Shown: in pieces, positions 1 to 11,136 of the stretch
How positions within the stretch are numbered: position 1 is the first letter of the stretch
Layout: every line of letters begins with the position of its first letter
From: an uncultured Prevotellaceae bacterium
GTDB taxonomy: Bacteria > Bacteroidota > Bacteroidia > Bacteroidales > Bacteroidaceae
NCBI GenBank assembly: GCA_902785945.1
Contig: CADAAR010000002.1
Coordinates: 71,743 to 135,742, forward strand
Length of the DNA: 64,000 nt
Reading direction: 5' to 3'
Made by a program: the position numbers and the translations under genes
The notes under the pieces: model-generated
The model's input: only the letters and a program-made list of their open reading frames with translations
Told to the model about the DNA's origin: nothing
Databases searched by the model: none

Positions 1-330
1 AATATTAGTTTCAACAGCCTGCATCGGGAAGAACTCGCAACTCGGCACCTGTTTCAGTGCAGCTGCGGAGAAAACGTAATCCACACCTCCACGCATGGCA
101 ATGTCTATACTCTGGCGATTACGAACATCACCGATATAGAACTTGACTTTCTTCGATGCTTCAGAATATAGTGTCTGTAGATGGTGGCGCATATCATCCT
201 GCTTCTTCTCATCACGACTGAAGATTCGAATCTGCTTAATATCGCTCTCCAAAAAACGCGTTAGCACCATATTGCCAAAGCTACCTGTACCTCCTGTTAT
301 CAGAAGAGTTTTGTCTTTGAATATTGACAT
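1..330 (-). CDS. UDP-GlcNAc 4,6-dehydratase/epimerase, FnlA/Cap5E-like (runs off window start; absent from ORF track)
   Basis: Manual translation from ATG at 330: MSIFKDKTLLITGGTGSFGN...IRIFSRDEKKQDDMR...YIGDVRN...AAALKQVPSCEFFPMQA. Confidence 0.85.
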   Translation of the reverse strand, partial: MSIFKDKTLLITGGTGSFGNMVLTRFLESDIKQIRIFSRDEKKQDDMRHHLQTLYSEASKKVKFYIGDVRNRQSIDIAMRGGVDYVFSAAALKQVPSCEFFPMQAVETNI

Positions 331-480
331 AACAAATTATATTTAAGAGTAAAATCAGAGGTCATTGACATCGTTAGGATACATGTTATCTGGGCTTCTG
401 AATTAATCCTCGACAAAAACCAGTGACTGTTTTTGTTTTACATTTATTGCATTTTGTTGCTCATTAATATGCGTTCACGT

Positions 481-1158
481 TTATATCATCTCCCCATTAT
501 ACCACATCTTTTTACCAAGGACTGTACAAAAAATCATCTGGATATCCTTGAGGAATGAGTAATGCTTCAGATAATAGAGGTTGATTCTCACTTTATCAGG
601 ATAAATCACCTGATCATTATACCAAAGTGCAATCTGTTCATCAGACATTCCACTCAACTCTTCCTTCTTCCATCTTCCATCTTCCTTCTGATTGCGGACA
701 AACTCCGCAATCAATTCTTCTTCTCGCCGATATTTCAACGATGCGGGTCCTGTGACGCCTGGTCGCAGTTCTAGGATCCTTCTATCATCACCCTGCAGCT
801 GATCTGCATAACCAGGCACGTCGGGCCGAGGCCCCACAAAACTCATATCACCCCTCAATACGCACCATAGCTCTGGCAACTCATCCAACTTATACCGTCG
901 CAAGGTCACACCCAACGGCGTGATACGCCCCTCTCCAGATACTGTAACCGAATTTCCTGAGTGTACCTTTTCCATTGTTCTGAACTTATAGATGGTAAAG
1001 AGCTTTCCATGCCTTCCAACCCGTTCCTGACTAAACACGACAGGTCCGTCAGGCATCCTCACCTTAATAAGCAAAGCAACAATAAGCAACACAGGACTTA
1101 ACACTATCAGACCGAATAATGCCATTACTCGATCAAAGATATATTTAAAAAAATTCAT
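481..1158 (-). CDS. Initiating sugar (phosphoglycosyl) transferase, Bac_transf family
   Basis: KYIFDR..., FSQERVG, IYKFRTM, KLDELPEL, MSFVGPRP, RPGVTG motifs. Confidence 0.92.
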   Translation of the reverse strand: MNFFKYIFDRVMALFGLIVLSPVLLIVALLIKVRMPDGPVVFSQERVGRHGKLFTIYKFRTMEKVHSGNSVTVSGEGRITPLGVTLRRYKLDELPELWCVLRGDMSFVGPRPDVPGYADQLQGDDRRILELRPGVTGPASLKYRREEELIAEFVRNQKEDGRWKKEELSGMSDEQIALWYNDQVIYPDKVRINLYYLKHYSFLKDIQMIFCTVLGKKMWYNGEMI

Positions 1159-1943
1159 TTCCTCTTAACATATATAATTTTCTTCGTGATTCCGAAGAAG
1201 ATGTTCACACCAGTCATTAGCAGCGACAACAAAGCATTCATTTTTTCTGCCTGACGGAATAGCTTGTAGTGCCACCTAATCAATGACAAATAACTATGAT
1301 TGCTGATAGAACCCACCCTTATTCTATATTTGGCTAAACATTCATCCAACAGGTAACAGCTAGATTTTCTTGCGACCTTCAGCCACATGGCATAGTCATT
1401 ATTCTTCTTGATGTCCGAAATCTGCACCTCCCCTATCTTTTTCGCATCCCACATGACCGTCAAACATCCAGGCCAACAGAAGGCATACATGCCCAACTTT
1501 GTGATATGCTTGGGGCCTGTGATAAACACTCCCCTTTCTTTGGAATACTGATCTATTTCCTGATAGTTGGTATAAGTATAAGCATATCCATGCTGCTCCA
1601 TAAAGACTACCTGTTTTTCCAGTTTCTGTGGTTCCCATAGGTCATCACTGTCAAGAAACGCCATCCAGCGTCCTTTGGCCTCTCTTAATGCAACATTCCG
1701 CGAAAAGGCTGCGCCACAGTGGTCTTTATTCTCAATTATTCTTATCCTCGCATCATTCTCAGCCAAAGCTCTTACAATACTCAAGGTATTATCTTTGGAG
1801 TTGTCATCTACAAACAACAGCTCCCAGTTATCATATGTTTGTGCCTGCACACTGAGGATACTCTCTTCAACAAATTCCTCACAATTATGTGACGGCATAA
1901 TAATCGAAACTAATTCATTCATTTTTAAAAAAAAGGCGTTCAT
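1155..1943 (-). CDS. Glycosyltransferase family 2 (TuaG-like)
   Basis: VSIIMPSHN, VDDNSKD, AFLDSDD; ATGA overlap with the upstream gene. Confidence 0.9.
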   Translation of the reverse strand: MNAFFLKMNELVSIIMPSHNCEEFVEESILSVQAQTYDNWELLFVDDNSKDNTLSIVRALAENDARIRIIENKDHCGAAFSRNVALREAKGRWMAFLDSDDLWEPQKLEKQVVFMEQHGYAYTYTNYQEIDQYSKERGVFITGPKHITKLGMYAFCWPGCLTVMWDAKKIGEVQISDIKKNNDYAMWLKVARKSSCYLLDECLAKYRIRVGSISNHSYLSLIRWHYKLFRQAEKMNALLSLLMTGVNIFFGITKKIIYVKRK

Positions 1944-3415
1944 TTAATACAGACATTGGTAGTTATCCGTTTCTTAAAACCAATCACCTTATCAGACAAA
2001 AATATTTTGGTATTAATTAGATGGCCCTCATTATTAACAACTCTCATATTATTCACTTTCACATTGTTGATATGTCCTATTTTTACATCCTTCCTTGACT
2101 TAGTCCGACACCCATATAGATACAATTCATCAACATTTTCAGGAACAATCACTTTCATATTACTAACAAAGAGATTTGGCCAGTTTTTTTCTTTTAACTC
2201 CTCTCTTTCATTATCTTTACCAAATGGATTACCAACCTGAATTAAATATCTTTGTCCCTGTTTAAACTGCCATGTACAGTCCTTAAAAAAAAGATCAAAT
2301 CCTGTATAGGCATTATACGAGGATTCAAATAGAACTGGCAAGAAATCCATAAATTGGCAATGATCAAACATAACCTTACCATATACAGAGCTAAACTGGT
2401 TATAGAGGTTTCGGAATGTGCAATTCTTAAAGCAGACATTTCTCCCATAGCAATGAATGTCAAAGCGATTAATGTCACAATTCACTAATGTTGCCATATT
2501 CACATTATTATTTCCAAACACCCCCCAGTTCCCGTTTCCGGTCAAATGATCAAACGATACATTCCACACATTATTCATAGAGATGCCATACCCAAATTTA
2601 CTATTCTGAGAATATGTCCTATTAATCGTGACATCTTTTACCCTGATATTGGTACAATTCGTAATACTAATAGCCGCATCACCAAAGAGATTCCCTCCTG
2701 ATGGCGTATTGATAGTAACGTTTTGTATCTCTATATCATTTTGATTCTCTATGGAAAATACATTGGTTATATATATCGAAGCCGCATCGCGGTTAATCGT
2801 CAAGTTCTTAATCTTCTTAACGTTCTTAGTTATCTCACATCGTGAGAACTTGGGCTTTGAACTTGCTGTCCCATACGATGACACTACTTTATTCTTTATT
2901 TGACCATCTTTCACTAATAAGAGATCTTTTCGTGTATGTCCATAATTGTAACCAATCCTATTTTTCACCCAGGGTTCTTGGTCCTCAATGATAATAAGAT
3001 AATCTCGATGCCTATCGGGGATATTTCCTTTGACGATTTGATTCCACGTAACATCCAACGGCTCTGTCTGTTGCGTCATTTGAAATAACACCATTTTTTT
3101 CTGCAGATTCTTGACATTCAAAACCAAGCCACCAAAGTTCGTGTTGTCTGTCAAAGGCAGTGGCTCTGCATCACGTGGAATTTCTATATTGATAGTGTCA
3201 ATACTTGAATAATCCACCCCACAACCCTGTTTTAGAGCATCATTATGTACTTCTTGTAGCACATAATAACGTTGTATGTCTGATATACAATCTTTCAGTC
3301 CATAATCCAATGGCGAGAGTGTTTGATTCCCGCCCCACAGTAATACTGACCGTACTAATAGTATAGCCATTATTATCGCGCGATAAAATGTTCTTTCACT
3401 ATCAACAGATCTCAT
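1940..3415 (-). CDS. Exported right-handed beta-helix (pectin-lyase-like fold) protein
   Basis: N-terminal hydrophobic segment; Asn/Cys/Ile-rich coil repeats (ISITNCTNIRVKDVTI, FKNCTF, FDHCQF, FKDCTW). Confidence 0.6.
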   Translation of the reverse strand: MRSVDSERTFYRAIIMAILLVRSVLLWGGNQTLSPLDYGLKDCISDIQRYYVLQEVHNDALKQGCGVDYSSIDTINIEIPRDAEPLPLTDNTNFGGLVLNVKNLQKKMVLFQMTQQTEPLDVTWNQIVKGNIPDRHRDYLIIIEDQEPWVKNRIGYNYGHTRKDLLLVKDGQIKNKVVSSYGTASSKPKFSRCEITKNVKKIKNLTINRDAASIYITNVFSIENQNDIEIQNVTINTPSGGNLFGDAAISITNCTNIRVKDVTINRTYSQNSKFGYGISMNNVWNVSFDHLTGNGNWGVFGNNNVNMATLVNCDINRFDIHCYGRNVCFKNCTFRNLYNQFSSVYGKVMFDHCQFMDFLPVLFESSYNAYTGFDLFFKDCTWQFKQGQRYLIQVGNPFGKDNEREELKEKNWPNLFVSNMKVIVPENVDELYLYGCRTKSRKDVKIGHINNVKVNNMRVVNNEGHLINTKIFLSDKVIGFKKRITTNVCIK

Positions 3416-4550
3416 TTGATGGATTAAGTCTATTGACCAATGCCTTTTCGTAAATCTTTTTATATCTTCCCGCTATTTTCTCCCAGCGGAACTCATCAAA
3501 GTCAATGATATTATATGGATGATATGCAGATGGCTGTTCAAAATATTTTTTCAGACCATTCTCAATGGATTTTATTGATTGTGGATTAACAGCTTCTCCT
3601 ACACTTCGATCAAACATACCATCAACGCCCTGTCCTCTTGTGTAAAGAATTGCCAAGTTTTGAGATAATGCTTCAATATAGACCAATCCAAACGTTTCAT
3701 GAATGCTCGGCATAGCAAAAATGCTGCATTGTCTGTACAATTCTTTTAGTTTATCTTTGTCACTTATTTGTCCCTGGTAGAATAAGCAATCAGGATGATT
3801 ATCAATCATTCTTAGAACTTCTCTCTCTTTGGATCCCCCTCCCCCAACTAAGTGCAGTCTGAGGTCTGGGAATAATTGTCTGAGATTCAAAACCGCCTTT
3901 ATCAGTCTGACTACATTCTTATTTCTATCAAATCGACCCACATAAATCACATTATAGGAAATAGTCCTTTCAATTCTATTAATATTGTTCAGCCAATAGT
4001 CATCAATTCCATTGGGTTGTAAGACAAACTTATTCTGAATATCAGGAAGGATCCTTCTGATGGCAATATGCTTGCAGAATTTTCCCTGAAGGGCCTTGGA
4101 AATAAAAATGATACGTTGGGCATTTCTCAGAATCTTCAACCCCATCAACCAAGTGTGTGGAGCTATGCCTAAAAAAGTATTGACATCAGTATTCCGAACA
4201 GTAACAATGTAGGGGAGGTTAAATTCTTTGTGTAATTGATAAGCGATGGCTCCATCACTAAACAATGTTGTCGCATGAATTAAATCATAATCCAAAGGAA
4301 TAATCTCCTTTTTTAGTTCAGAATAAACTTTTCTAATCTTGAGGTGATAAAACAATCTATGCCATATTCTTAATATTCCCTTATATATAAAAGATGTATG
4401 TAGGGCTTCAAATTGATTCTTCTCTTCTTTTCCGGTACCTCTATAATATGTAAATATCGTTTGTTCGACATTCAATTCATCCAATCTTTTATACAGATTT
4501 GCATGCACTTTACTTCCGCAGAAGTCATTACAGATATGCAGGATACGCAT
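3402..4550 (-). CDS. Glycosyltransferase family 4
   Basis: YVGRFDRNKN and PSIHETFGLVYIEA (EX7E) motifs. Confidence 0.9.
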   Translation of the reverse strand: MRILHICNDFCGSKVHANLYKRLDELNVEQTIFTYYRGTGKEEKNQFEALHTSFIYKGILRIWHRLFYHLKIRKVYSELKKEIIPLDYDLIHATTLFSDGAIAYQLHKEFNLPYIVTVRNTDVNTFLGIAPHTWLMGLKILRNAQRIIFISKALQGKFCKHIAIRRILPDIQNKFVLQPNGIDDYWLNNINRIERTISYNVIYVGRFDRNKNVVRLIKAVLNLRQLFPDLRLHLVGGGGSKEREVLRMIDNHPDCLFYQGQISDKDKLKELYRQCSIFAMPSIHETFGLVYIEALSQNLAILYTRGQGVDGMFDRSVGEAVNPQSIKSIENGLKKYFEQPSAYHPYNIIDFDEFRWEKIAGRYKKIYEKALVNRLNPSNEIC

Positions 4551-4561
4551 GTTTGATTTAC

Positions 4562-5839
4562 TTATAATCGCCCATCAACGGTCTCTCGTGGCAATACACC
4601 CTTTACATCATATACGACACCATTGTCCTTTAAATAATCTTTCACATTTAAATCCATGAATTCTTTATGTGCAACAGCCAGTATCACTACGTCATACCTT
4701 GAACTTTCAGGATTTACTTTTAAGTGTTCAACAGGTATGCCATATTCTTTCTTTACAGACTCTACATCCGCCCAAGGGTCATAAATGATAATATTTGGTG
4801 TGTATTCTAGCAGCGTATGATAGATGTCTACAACCTTGGTATTGCGTATATCCGGACAATTATCTTTAAAGGTAATGCCAAGGATAAGAATCTTGGAGTC
4901 CTTAACCATTACCCCTTTCTTATTCATAAGTTTAATGACTTGATTAGCCACATACTCCCCCATACCATCATTCAATCGTCGTGCATTACTCATAATGCGT
5001 GGTAACACACCATAAACTTGTGCCTTTTGTATCAGATAATAGGGATCCACGCTGATGCAATGGCCACCGACCAGTCCTGGACTAAGCTTGATAAAATTCC
5101 ATTTTGAGGAAGCAGCCTCAATGACATCATGCGTATCAATACCCATCGCATTGAAGATTTTTGCCAATTCGTTCATGAAAGCGATATTCACGTCTCGTTG
5201 GGCATTTTCTATGATTTTCGAAGCTTCTGCCACTCTTATGCTAGGTGCCTTATGGGTGCCATTGACCAAAACAGAGTTATAGACTTGGTCTACAATATCT
5301 GCGACCTCAGGAGTAGAGCCTGATGTCACCTTTTTAATTTTCTCTACTGTATGGAGCTTGTCTCCAGGATTAATCCGCTCTGGCGAGTAACCAGCAAAGA
5401 AATCCACATTGTATTTCAACCCACTGACACGTTCTACTACAGGCAGGCATTCTTCTTCTGTTACCCCAGGGTAAACTGTCGATTCATAAACAACAATATC
5501 ACCTTTAGAGATGACCTTGCCAACCGTCTCACTAGCACCTATAAGCGGTCTTAAATCTGGACGGTTGTTCGCATCAACCGGCGTAGGTACTGCCACAATA
5601 TAAAAGTTACAATCTCTAATCTCGTCTAATTGAGTCGTACACTTGAACCCATTCTTTTCAATGGCATCCTGCAACAATTCATCGCAGACCTCTTTGGTAC
5701 AATCATATCCCCTAATTAATTCGTCCACACGTTGTTGATTCATATCAAACCCTATTGTAGGGTACTTTGTTGAATATAGTCTGGCTAATGGTAAACCAAC
5801 ATAACCAAGACCTATCACACAAACTCTAATACTTCTCAT
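4562..5839 (-). CDS. Nucleotide-sugar 6-dehydrogenase (UDP-HexNAc, WbpO/TviB-like)
   Basis: GLGYVG, YESTVYPG, SPERINPG, GGHCI motifs. Confidence 0.92.
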   Translation of the reverse strand: MRSIRVCVIGLGYVGLPLARLYSTKYPTIGFDMNQQRVDELIRGYDCTKEVCDELLQDAIEKNGFKCTTQLDEIRDCNFYIVAVPTPVDANNRPDLRPLIGASETVGKVISKGDIVVYESTVYPGVTEEECLPVVERVSGLKYNVDFFAGYSPERINPGDKLHTVEKIKKVTSGSTPEVADIVDQVYNSVLVNGTHKAPSIRVAEASKIIENAQRDVNIAFMNELAKIFNAMGIDTHDVIEAASSKWNFIKLSPGLVGGHCISVDPYYLIQKAQVYGVLPRIMSNARRLNDGMGEYVANQVIKLMNKKGVMVKDSKILILGITFKDNCPDIRNTKVVDIYHTLLEYTPNIIIYDPWADVESVKKEYGIPVEHLKVNPESSRYDVVILAVAHKEFMDLNVKDYLKDNGVVYDVKGVLPRETVDGRL

Positions 5840-5844
5840 TGTTT

Positions 5845-7017
5845 TTATTTTTTCTTCAATAATTGTACTTTTGATAAAAAGCGCATGTTTGGACTGTATC
5901 TTATTCTTAGCAGATATCCCATCAGCAGTGCAAAACTATACGATATCAAATAACTATTGGATACCATCAGTGGAACAACACCATAAAGTAGCATAATTGT
6001 TAACATTGCCCTTCCCCCTTGGTGAACGATAAAGATCTGATTCATAAAACAACTTACTACAAGAATGATGAAGCCTATTATCAAGAATGCTGTGACAACA
6101 ATACCATAGTGAATTGCTAATTCCAAAAACAAGTTATGAGCATAGCCTTTGATGAACTTTCTGTCAGCCCCAATCCCCCATCCTGTCACGGGATGTTCTC
6201 TGATCTTCGCAATAGCCTTGGTTGTGATTATATCCCGCCCAGAATTATGTGAGAGAAATTCACCCCGTTGATAAAGCCATACTGTTCTTGAAGACTGTAT
6301 ACTTAAAACATCACCTAAACCTCCATAAGCAAGAAGGCCAACCAGTACCGTTGCAACTATCTGCTTCCAAAGCACAGAAGACTTCGTAAACCATATTAAA
6401 TGGATGACATAATATGATGCAATAACCACAACTGGTCCGCGAGAACCGTCTAAAATAATTAGCAAAAATAATACAAAACCTAAAATCTTATCAGTGATAT
6501 CAGTCTGACGGAAAAGAAACAATGCAGGCAATAATAATGAATAACCAAACGACATGCTATATTTATAGCTTTCTACACTAACAGGTAATAGTTTTGTAGC
6601 CCATATATAGACTATTGCCAACAAAATCGATACTCGGCTGGCCCACAACAAAACTTTAAAAAAATAGTCAAAACATCTAATAGTTATAACGATGATTGCT
6701 GTCATGATGGCAATAGGAGTCAACGTTACAGCTTGACGGCTTTCGAGAAAGGCATGAGAATCTGGGAAAAAAGCATAGTTAAAAAGCGCAACTACGCCAT
6801 ATACGACAAAAGGAAATATAAGCAGGCTAAAATTCCTTCTCATAATAATAACAGCAGCGGGAAGATATGTTGCTATTGTAGAATAAACTCTAAAAGTAGC
6901 AGCCTGCTCAATTGTTGATAATCCAAGCAATGGTAGCAATTGTTGAATAATCACCACTAGCATTTGAAAAAGCAAAACAAATGAAAGATAATAATCTTTA
7001 TTTATAATTATTCTCAT
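5845..7017 (-). CDS. wzy: Wzy/O-antigen polymerase-ligase family membrane protein
   Basis: Multiple TM segments, GSRG motif, GWGIG...AHNLFLE loop; lies inside the polysaccharide locus. Confidence 0.75.
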   Translation of the reverse strand: MRIIINKDYYLSFVLLFQMLVVIIQQLLPLLGLSTIEQAATFRVYSTIATYLPAAVIIMRRNFSLLIFPFVVYGVVALFNYAFFPDSHAFLESRQAVTLTPIAIMTAIIVITIRCFDYFFKVLLWASRVSILLAIVYIWATKLLPVSVESYKYSMSFGYSLLLPALFLFRQTDITDKILGFVLFLLIILDGSRGPVVVIASYYVIHLIWFTKSSVLWKQIVATVLVGLLAYGGLGDVLSIQSSRTVWLYQRGEFLSHNSGRDIITTKAIAKIREHPVTGWGIGADRKFIKGYAHNLFLELAIHYGIVVTAFLIIGFIILVVSCFMNQIFIVHQGGRAMLTIMLLYGVVPLMVSNSYLISYSFALLMGYLLRIRYSPNMRFLSKVQLLKKK

Positions 7018-7122
7018 ATATAATCAACAGTAAAAAGCGTTATGAAGAGCTTCTATCCTTTGTCTGCCATATTCTATATCGGATTCAAATTGACCTTCTC
7101 ATCAATATCTCTCATAATAATG

Positions 7123-8112
7123 TTAAATACACAATGTATAAAAGTACATCTTTAAAAAAAATGCATTAATAATCCTTTTTATCTTTCTCACATAATTATA
7201 TGGACTTAAATATCTCGAATATTTATGTAGAAAGGATGCCCATTTTGAACCATCTGATTTACAATATAACTGAAGCGTTTTATAATAAAGATAACCATCC
7301 CAAGCTAATAAATAATGAGATTCCTTCAGGAGATCTTTAAACGGAAAATCAAAATAGAACTGAGAAAGAGATAATTCAAGCCTTTTATTCCTGAGGCCAC
7401 TTTTATTTCGAAAATGTGACATTGAATTTAAAGAAAAACGATACCTAACCAGTTTTTTATCAATAGCGAAAATTCTATTTCCACTTTTCAATACCTTATA
7501 AGCAAAAGGCCATTCTTCTCCATTTCCATAAGATATATTAAAACCTCCAATTTCATCAAACAGTTCTCTACTATAGAAAAAAGATGGACCTACAAATACA
7601 TTTTTTTGTAATACCTGAGTAAGTTGCTGTTGATATATTGCACGCTCTTTATCAAAATAAACATCATAACTTTTCTTTAGACTCTCAGGGACCTCGCAAT
7701 CTGTCGAAAAGCATTCCACGTCACAAACACACATCCTTACTTTCTCAGCATGGTTCTTAACAAAATATACATATTCTTCTATAGCGGTTGGTATCAACAA
7801 ATCATCACCCGCAATGGATTTGATCCACTCACCCTTTGATTGAAAAATACCACGATTAAAATTTCCTGACACACCAGTATTTTGGAGTGTTGTAACAAGT
7901 TCTGAATGGACAAAATAATTCTTATTTTCACTTAACCACTTCTGACATATTATCACAGTATTGTCTGTTGAGCAATCATCTGTTACAATCAACTCAATAT
8001 TCTGGTATGTTTGGTTCTTTATACTCTCTAAAGTTTCTATCACCGTAGCTGAAGAGTTATATGTTGCCACGACAACGGATACCAAAGGAGATGTTGAATT
8101 ATTGATATTCAT
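7123..8112 (-). CDS. Glycosyltransferase family 2
   Basis: VSVVVATYN, TDDCSTD, IAGDD motifs. Confidence 0.9.
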   Translation of the reverse strand: MNINNSTSPLVSVVVATYNSSATVIETLESIKNQTYQNIELIVTDDCSTDNTVIICQKWLSENKNYFVHSELVTTLQNTGVSGNFNRGIFQSKGEWIKSIAGDDLLIPTAIEEYVYFVKNHAEKVRMCVCDVECFSTDCEVPESLKKSYDVYFDKERAIYQQQLTQVLQKNVFVGPSFFYSRELFDEIGGFNISYGNGEEWPFAYKVLKSGNRIFAIDKKLVRYRFSLNSMSHFRNKSGLRNKRLELSLSQFYFDFPFKDLLKESHYLLAWDGYLYYKTLQLYCKSDGSKWASFLHKYSRYLSPYNYVRKIKRIINAFFLKMYFYTLCI

Positions 8113-9127
8113 AATTACCCACTGTAAATGAATTCAATTTGCTTATAATTGGCTTTATAAACAATTGGCAAAGTTTATCATAGATGATGCTGAATATGAA
8201 AGTCATCATAATTACACCCACAGAACCAATAAGATAAATGCCATAAGAATTCTTAATAAGTAGCTGATTTTCAATATTTACCAAAAGTTCGCGCAAAGGA
8301 CTTGTTATATGAATAATATAAACCGCAAATGTACTACTCGCAATCCAATTGATAACTCGGTTATAGTAAGTATGATAGAGGAAAGGCATAAAGGTGCATA
8401 TTGCTGAGAGGAGTACCAATGGGTTGGAGTATGCAAAAGTCCACTTTACTCCAATGAAATATAAAAGAAAAATAAAAACAGTACAAATAATATATCCAAT
8501 AATCCAATACACCTTTTTAATCTTTAGCAAATCTTCTTTATACAATGCCAGACAACGAGCTACCATATATACTAACACAAAATGCATGATAGAATACCCC
8601 CCTCCAAAAGCCAGGCAGTCCAATTGTTTGATGTTGTCAAACCAAAACTCAATCAAGATAAACGCAAGTGTCCACAGCAAGATACGTTTCCCCTCCTTTT
8701 CTACGAAAGCGTTAAAGACAGGAGACAGAAACATCAACAGTAAATAGCACTGGACAAAGAAACCAGCCCTGGACAACACAAATAGTTTGCTTATAAGTTC
8801 TCTTGTATTATATGAACCCTCAACTACTGACTGAATAAGATAAAATGGCACAAAAATAAATAAAAGCAACAAACTGATTTTTAGTATAGAAGACCATTTC
8901 AAATGAATACCAAAATAACCAGAGATAAGCAAGAACATATTAACGCATATACAAGTTGCAGACTCAATGAGTGCTTGTCCTATCCGGAAAGATGACGGAT
9001 TCAAAATATCAAGTTTTTCAGGCATCCCTATGAACCACCCGTTAAAATGTACAATTAGAACTGCCAATGTAGCTATAATACGGTAAAGTTCTATACTTGA
9101 ATTCCTGAATTTCTGATTATTTATCAT
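8099..9127 (-). CDS. Membrane acyltransferase family 3 (polysaccharide O-acyltransferase)
   Basis: RNSSIELYRII, VH, FLLISGYF, TFAVYIIH; about 10 TM segments. Confidence 0.85.
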   Translation of the reverse strand: MINNQKFRNSSIELYRIIATLAVLIVHFNGWFIGMPEKLDILNPSSFRIGQALIESATCICVNMFLLISGYFGIHLKWSSILKISLLLLFIFVPFYLIQSVVEGSYNTRELISKLFVLSRAGFFVQCYLLLMFLSPVFNAFVEKEGKRILLWTLAFILIEFWFDNIKQLDCLAFGGGYSIMHFVLVYMVARCLALYKEDLLKIKKVYWIIGYIICTVFIFLLYFIGVKWTFAYSNPLVLLSAICTFMPFLYHTYYNRVINWIASSTFAVYIIHITSPLRELLVNIENQLLIKNSYGIYLIGSVGVIMMTFIFSIIYDKLCQLFIKPIISKLNSFTVGNYEYQ

Positions 9128-10252
9128 TCAACTGAATTGATTAACAATATCTATAACGTAAATTACTTCCTTCATGGAAATTGCAGGTCCTATAGGAAGG
9201 CTGAGTTCACCTTTCGCCAAATATTCTGTGACGGGCAATGATAATGTTGGTACATTCCATTCTGCATTCCTATAACATTCCTGTTGATGCGGAGCTATAG
9301 GATAATGACAAACACTGCCAATTCCATTCTTTTCCAAATAGTCACGCAAAGCATTACGCATACCGTTACCTACTAAGATTGGGAACAAGTGATATACATT
9401 TTGCTCATCAGGCAAGAAGTCTGGTAGAGTAATCCATGGATTCCTGATATGTTCATAATAATAGTGTGCCACTTCCTGGCGATGCCTGTTATCTTCTATA
9501 AGATATTTCAGTTTCACATCCAGTACAGCAGCTTGAATCTCATCTAAACGACTGTTACGACCAGTATATATAAAAACGTATTTTTTCTGAGATCCGTAGT
9601 TTGCAAGAGCTCGTATGGCTGTAGCCAACTCTTTGTCGTCAGTGGTAACGGCTCCTCCGTCACCAAGGGCCCCAAGGTTCTTGCCAGGATAGAAACTATG
9701 ACCAGCTGCATCACCTATACTACCTGTCATTCTACCATCATTAAACTTGCATCCATGAGCCTGAGCATTATCTTCCACTAGTTTCAAGTTATATTTCTTA
9801 CATAGATCACCTATCTTTTTTGTATAGGCACAACGACCATACAGATGTACAACAACAATAGCTTTAGTCCTTGATGTTATCAAACCTTCTATGAGCTCGT
9901 CATCAATCTCCAATGTATTTAGCTTTGGTTCGCAGAGCACAGGCTTAAGACCATTTTCTGTGATCGCTAAAATCGTAGCTATATATGTGTTGGCTGGCAC
10001 TATCACCTCGTCACCAGGTTGCATCACACCCATCTCTATATACGCACGGAATATCCATATCAGCGCATCTAATCCATTGCCACAACACGCACAATATTTT
10101 GTTCCTATAAAATCTGCATAGTTTCTTTCAAACCTCTCATTCTCTTTACCCTGCAAGTACCACCCACTGTTCACAACGCGACTAACAGCCTTGTTAATTT
10201 CTGGGCCATGTAATGCTGTCACATCTTCTAAGGAGAGAAACGATATATTCAT
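9128..10252 (-). CDS. fdtB: DegT/DnrJ sugar aminotransferase (FdtB/QdtB-like)
   Basis: [33 protein letters not shown]; next to the fdtA pair; ATG at 10252 preferred. Confidence 0.85.
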   Translation of the reverse strand: MNISFLSLEDVTALHGPEINKAVSRVVNSGWYLQGKENERFERNYADFIGTKYCACCGNGLDALIWIFRAYIEMGVMQPGDEVIVPANTYIATILAITENGLKPVLCEPKLNTLEIDDELIEGLITSRTKAIVVVHLYGRCAYTKKIGDLCKKYNLKLVEDNAQAHGCKFNDGRMTGSIGDAAGHSFYPGKNLGALGDGGAVTTDDKELATAIRALANYGSQKKYVFIYTGRNSRLDEIQAAVLDVKLKYLIEDNRHRQEVAHYYYEHIRNPWITLPDFLPDEQNVYHLFPILVGNGMRNALRDYLEKNGIGSVCHYPIAPHQQECYRNAEWNVPTLSLPVTEYLAKGELSLPIGPAISMKEVIYVIDIVNQFS

Positions 10253-10265
10253 AGAAACCAAACCA

Positions 10266-10724
10266 CTATTTCTTTATTATTCTCGCAGGATTTCCATATA
10301 CTATAGCATTTGCTGGCACATCCTTGGTAACTACACTCCCGGCGCCAACTTTTGCATTTTCACCAATGGTAATTCCTGGTAATATGGTAGAACCAGCTCC
10401 AATGACAGCACCTTTGCAGATGTGTGTACGTTCCAATATCCAATCTCTATTTCCTGAACGGGGATGACGATCGTTTGTAAAGGTAACATTTGATCCAATG
10501 AAGACATCGTCTTCTATTGTCATACCATCCCAAATCTGGACGCCACACTTGATTGTGACGTTGTTGCCAATCTTCACTTTATTTTCTACCAATACATGTG
10601 AGCAAATATTACAATTCTGACCAATAACAGCCTCAGGGAGTATAACACAGAACTGCCATACTCTTGTTCCATCGCCAATCATTTGAGATTGACAGTCTGT
10701 TAAGGGATGAATAAAGTTAGCCAT
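10266..10724 (-). CDS. Hexapeptide-repeat N-acetyltransferase (FdtC/QdtC role)
   Basis: Left-handed beta-helix repeats, WQF, FTND, GNPAR. Confidence 0.85.
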   Translation of the reverse strand: MANFIHPLTDCQSQMIGDGTRVWQFCVILPEAVIGQNCNICSHVLVENKVKIGNNVTIKCGVQIWDGMTIEDDVFIGSNVTFTNDRHPRSGNRDWILERTHICKGAVIGAGSTILPGITIGENAKVGAGSVVTKDVPANAIVYGNPARIIKK

Positions 10725-11136
10725 TATTCTTGTAATCTAAAAATTCATTATAATCACGTATATAGTCCTCTTTATCATACTTATGGGAGGCCAGGACCAT
10801 ACAAACACTACCTGAAGAGAAATCATCAAGAGTACGCCAGATACCAGGAACCACCAATAATCCTTGATAAGGACGATTGAGCAGAAAAGTACGCTTCACC
10901 TCACCATCATCCAAAGTAACAGAAAAACTCCCACTGGCAGCAATAATCAACTGATATAACTCCCTATGGGCATGAGAACCACGACTTTCACCTCCTGGTA
11001 CGTCATAAAGATAGTAAACCCGTTTAATATCAAAGGGGATGTCCTGTCCGTTTTCCACAACAGATAAATTTCCCTGAAGAGCATGATGTTTGCTCAGCTC
11101 AATCATTGTGCAGTCATAAACCCTACTTGCTTTCAT
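10717..11136 (-). CDS. fdtA: dTDP-4-keto-6-deoxyglucose 3,4-ketoisomerase (FdtA/QdtA cupin)
   Basis: [27 protein letters not shown]. Confidence 0.88.
   Translation of the reverse strand: MKASRVYDCTMIELSKHHALQGNLSVVENGQDIPFDIKRVYYLYDVPGGESRGSHAHRELYQLIIAASGSFSVTLDDGEVKRTFLLNRPYQGLLVVPGIWRTLDDFSSGSVCMVLASHKYDKEDYIRDYNEFLDYKNNG

Noticed and set aside
1927-1934. T8 tract at the start of a GT2 gene as a phase-variation switch
   Set aside because: Short tract in AT-rich DNA, and an in-frame Met at 1922 would bypass it.
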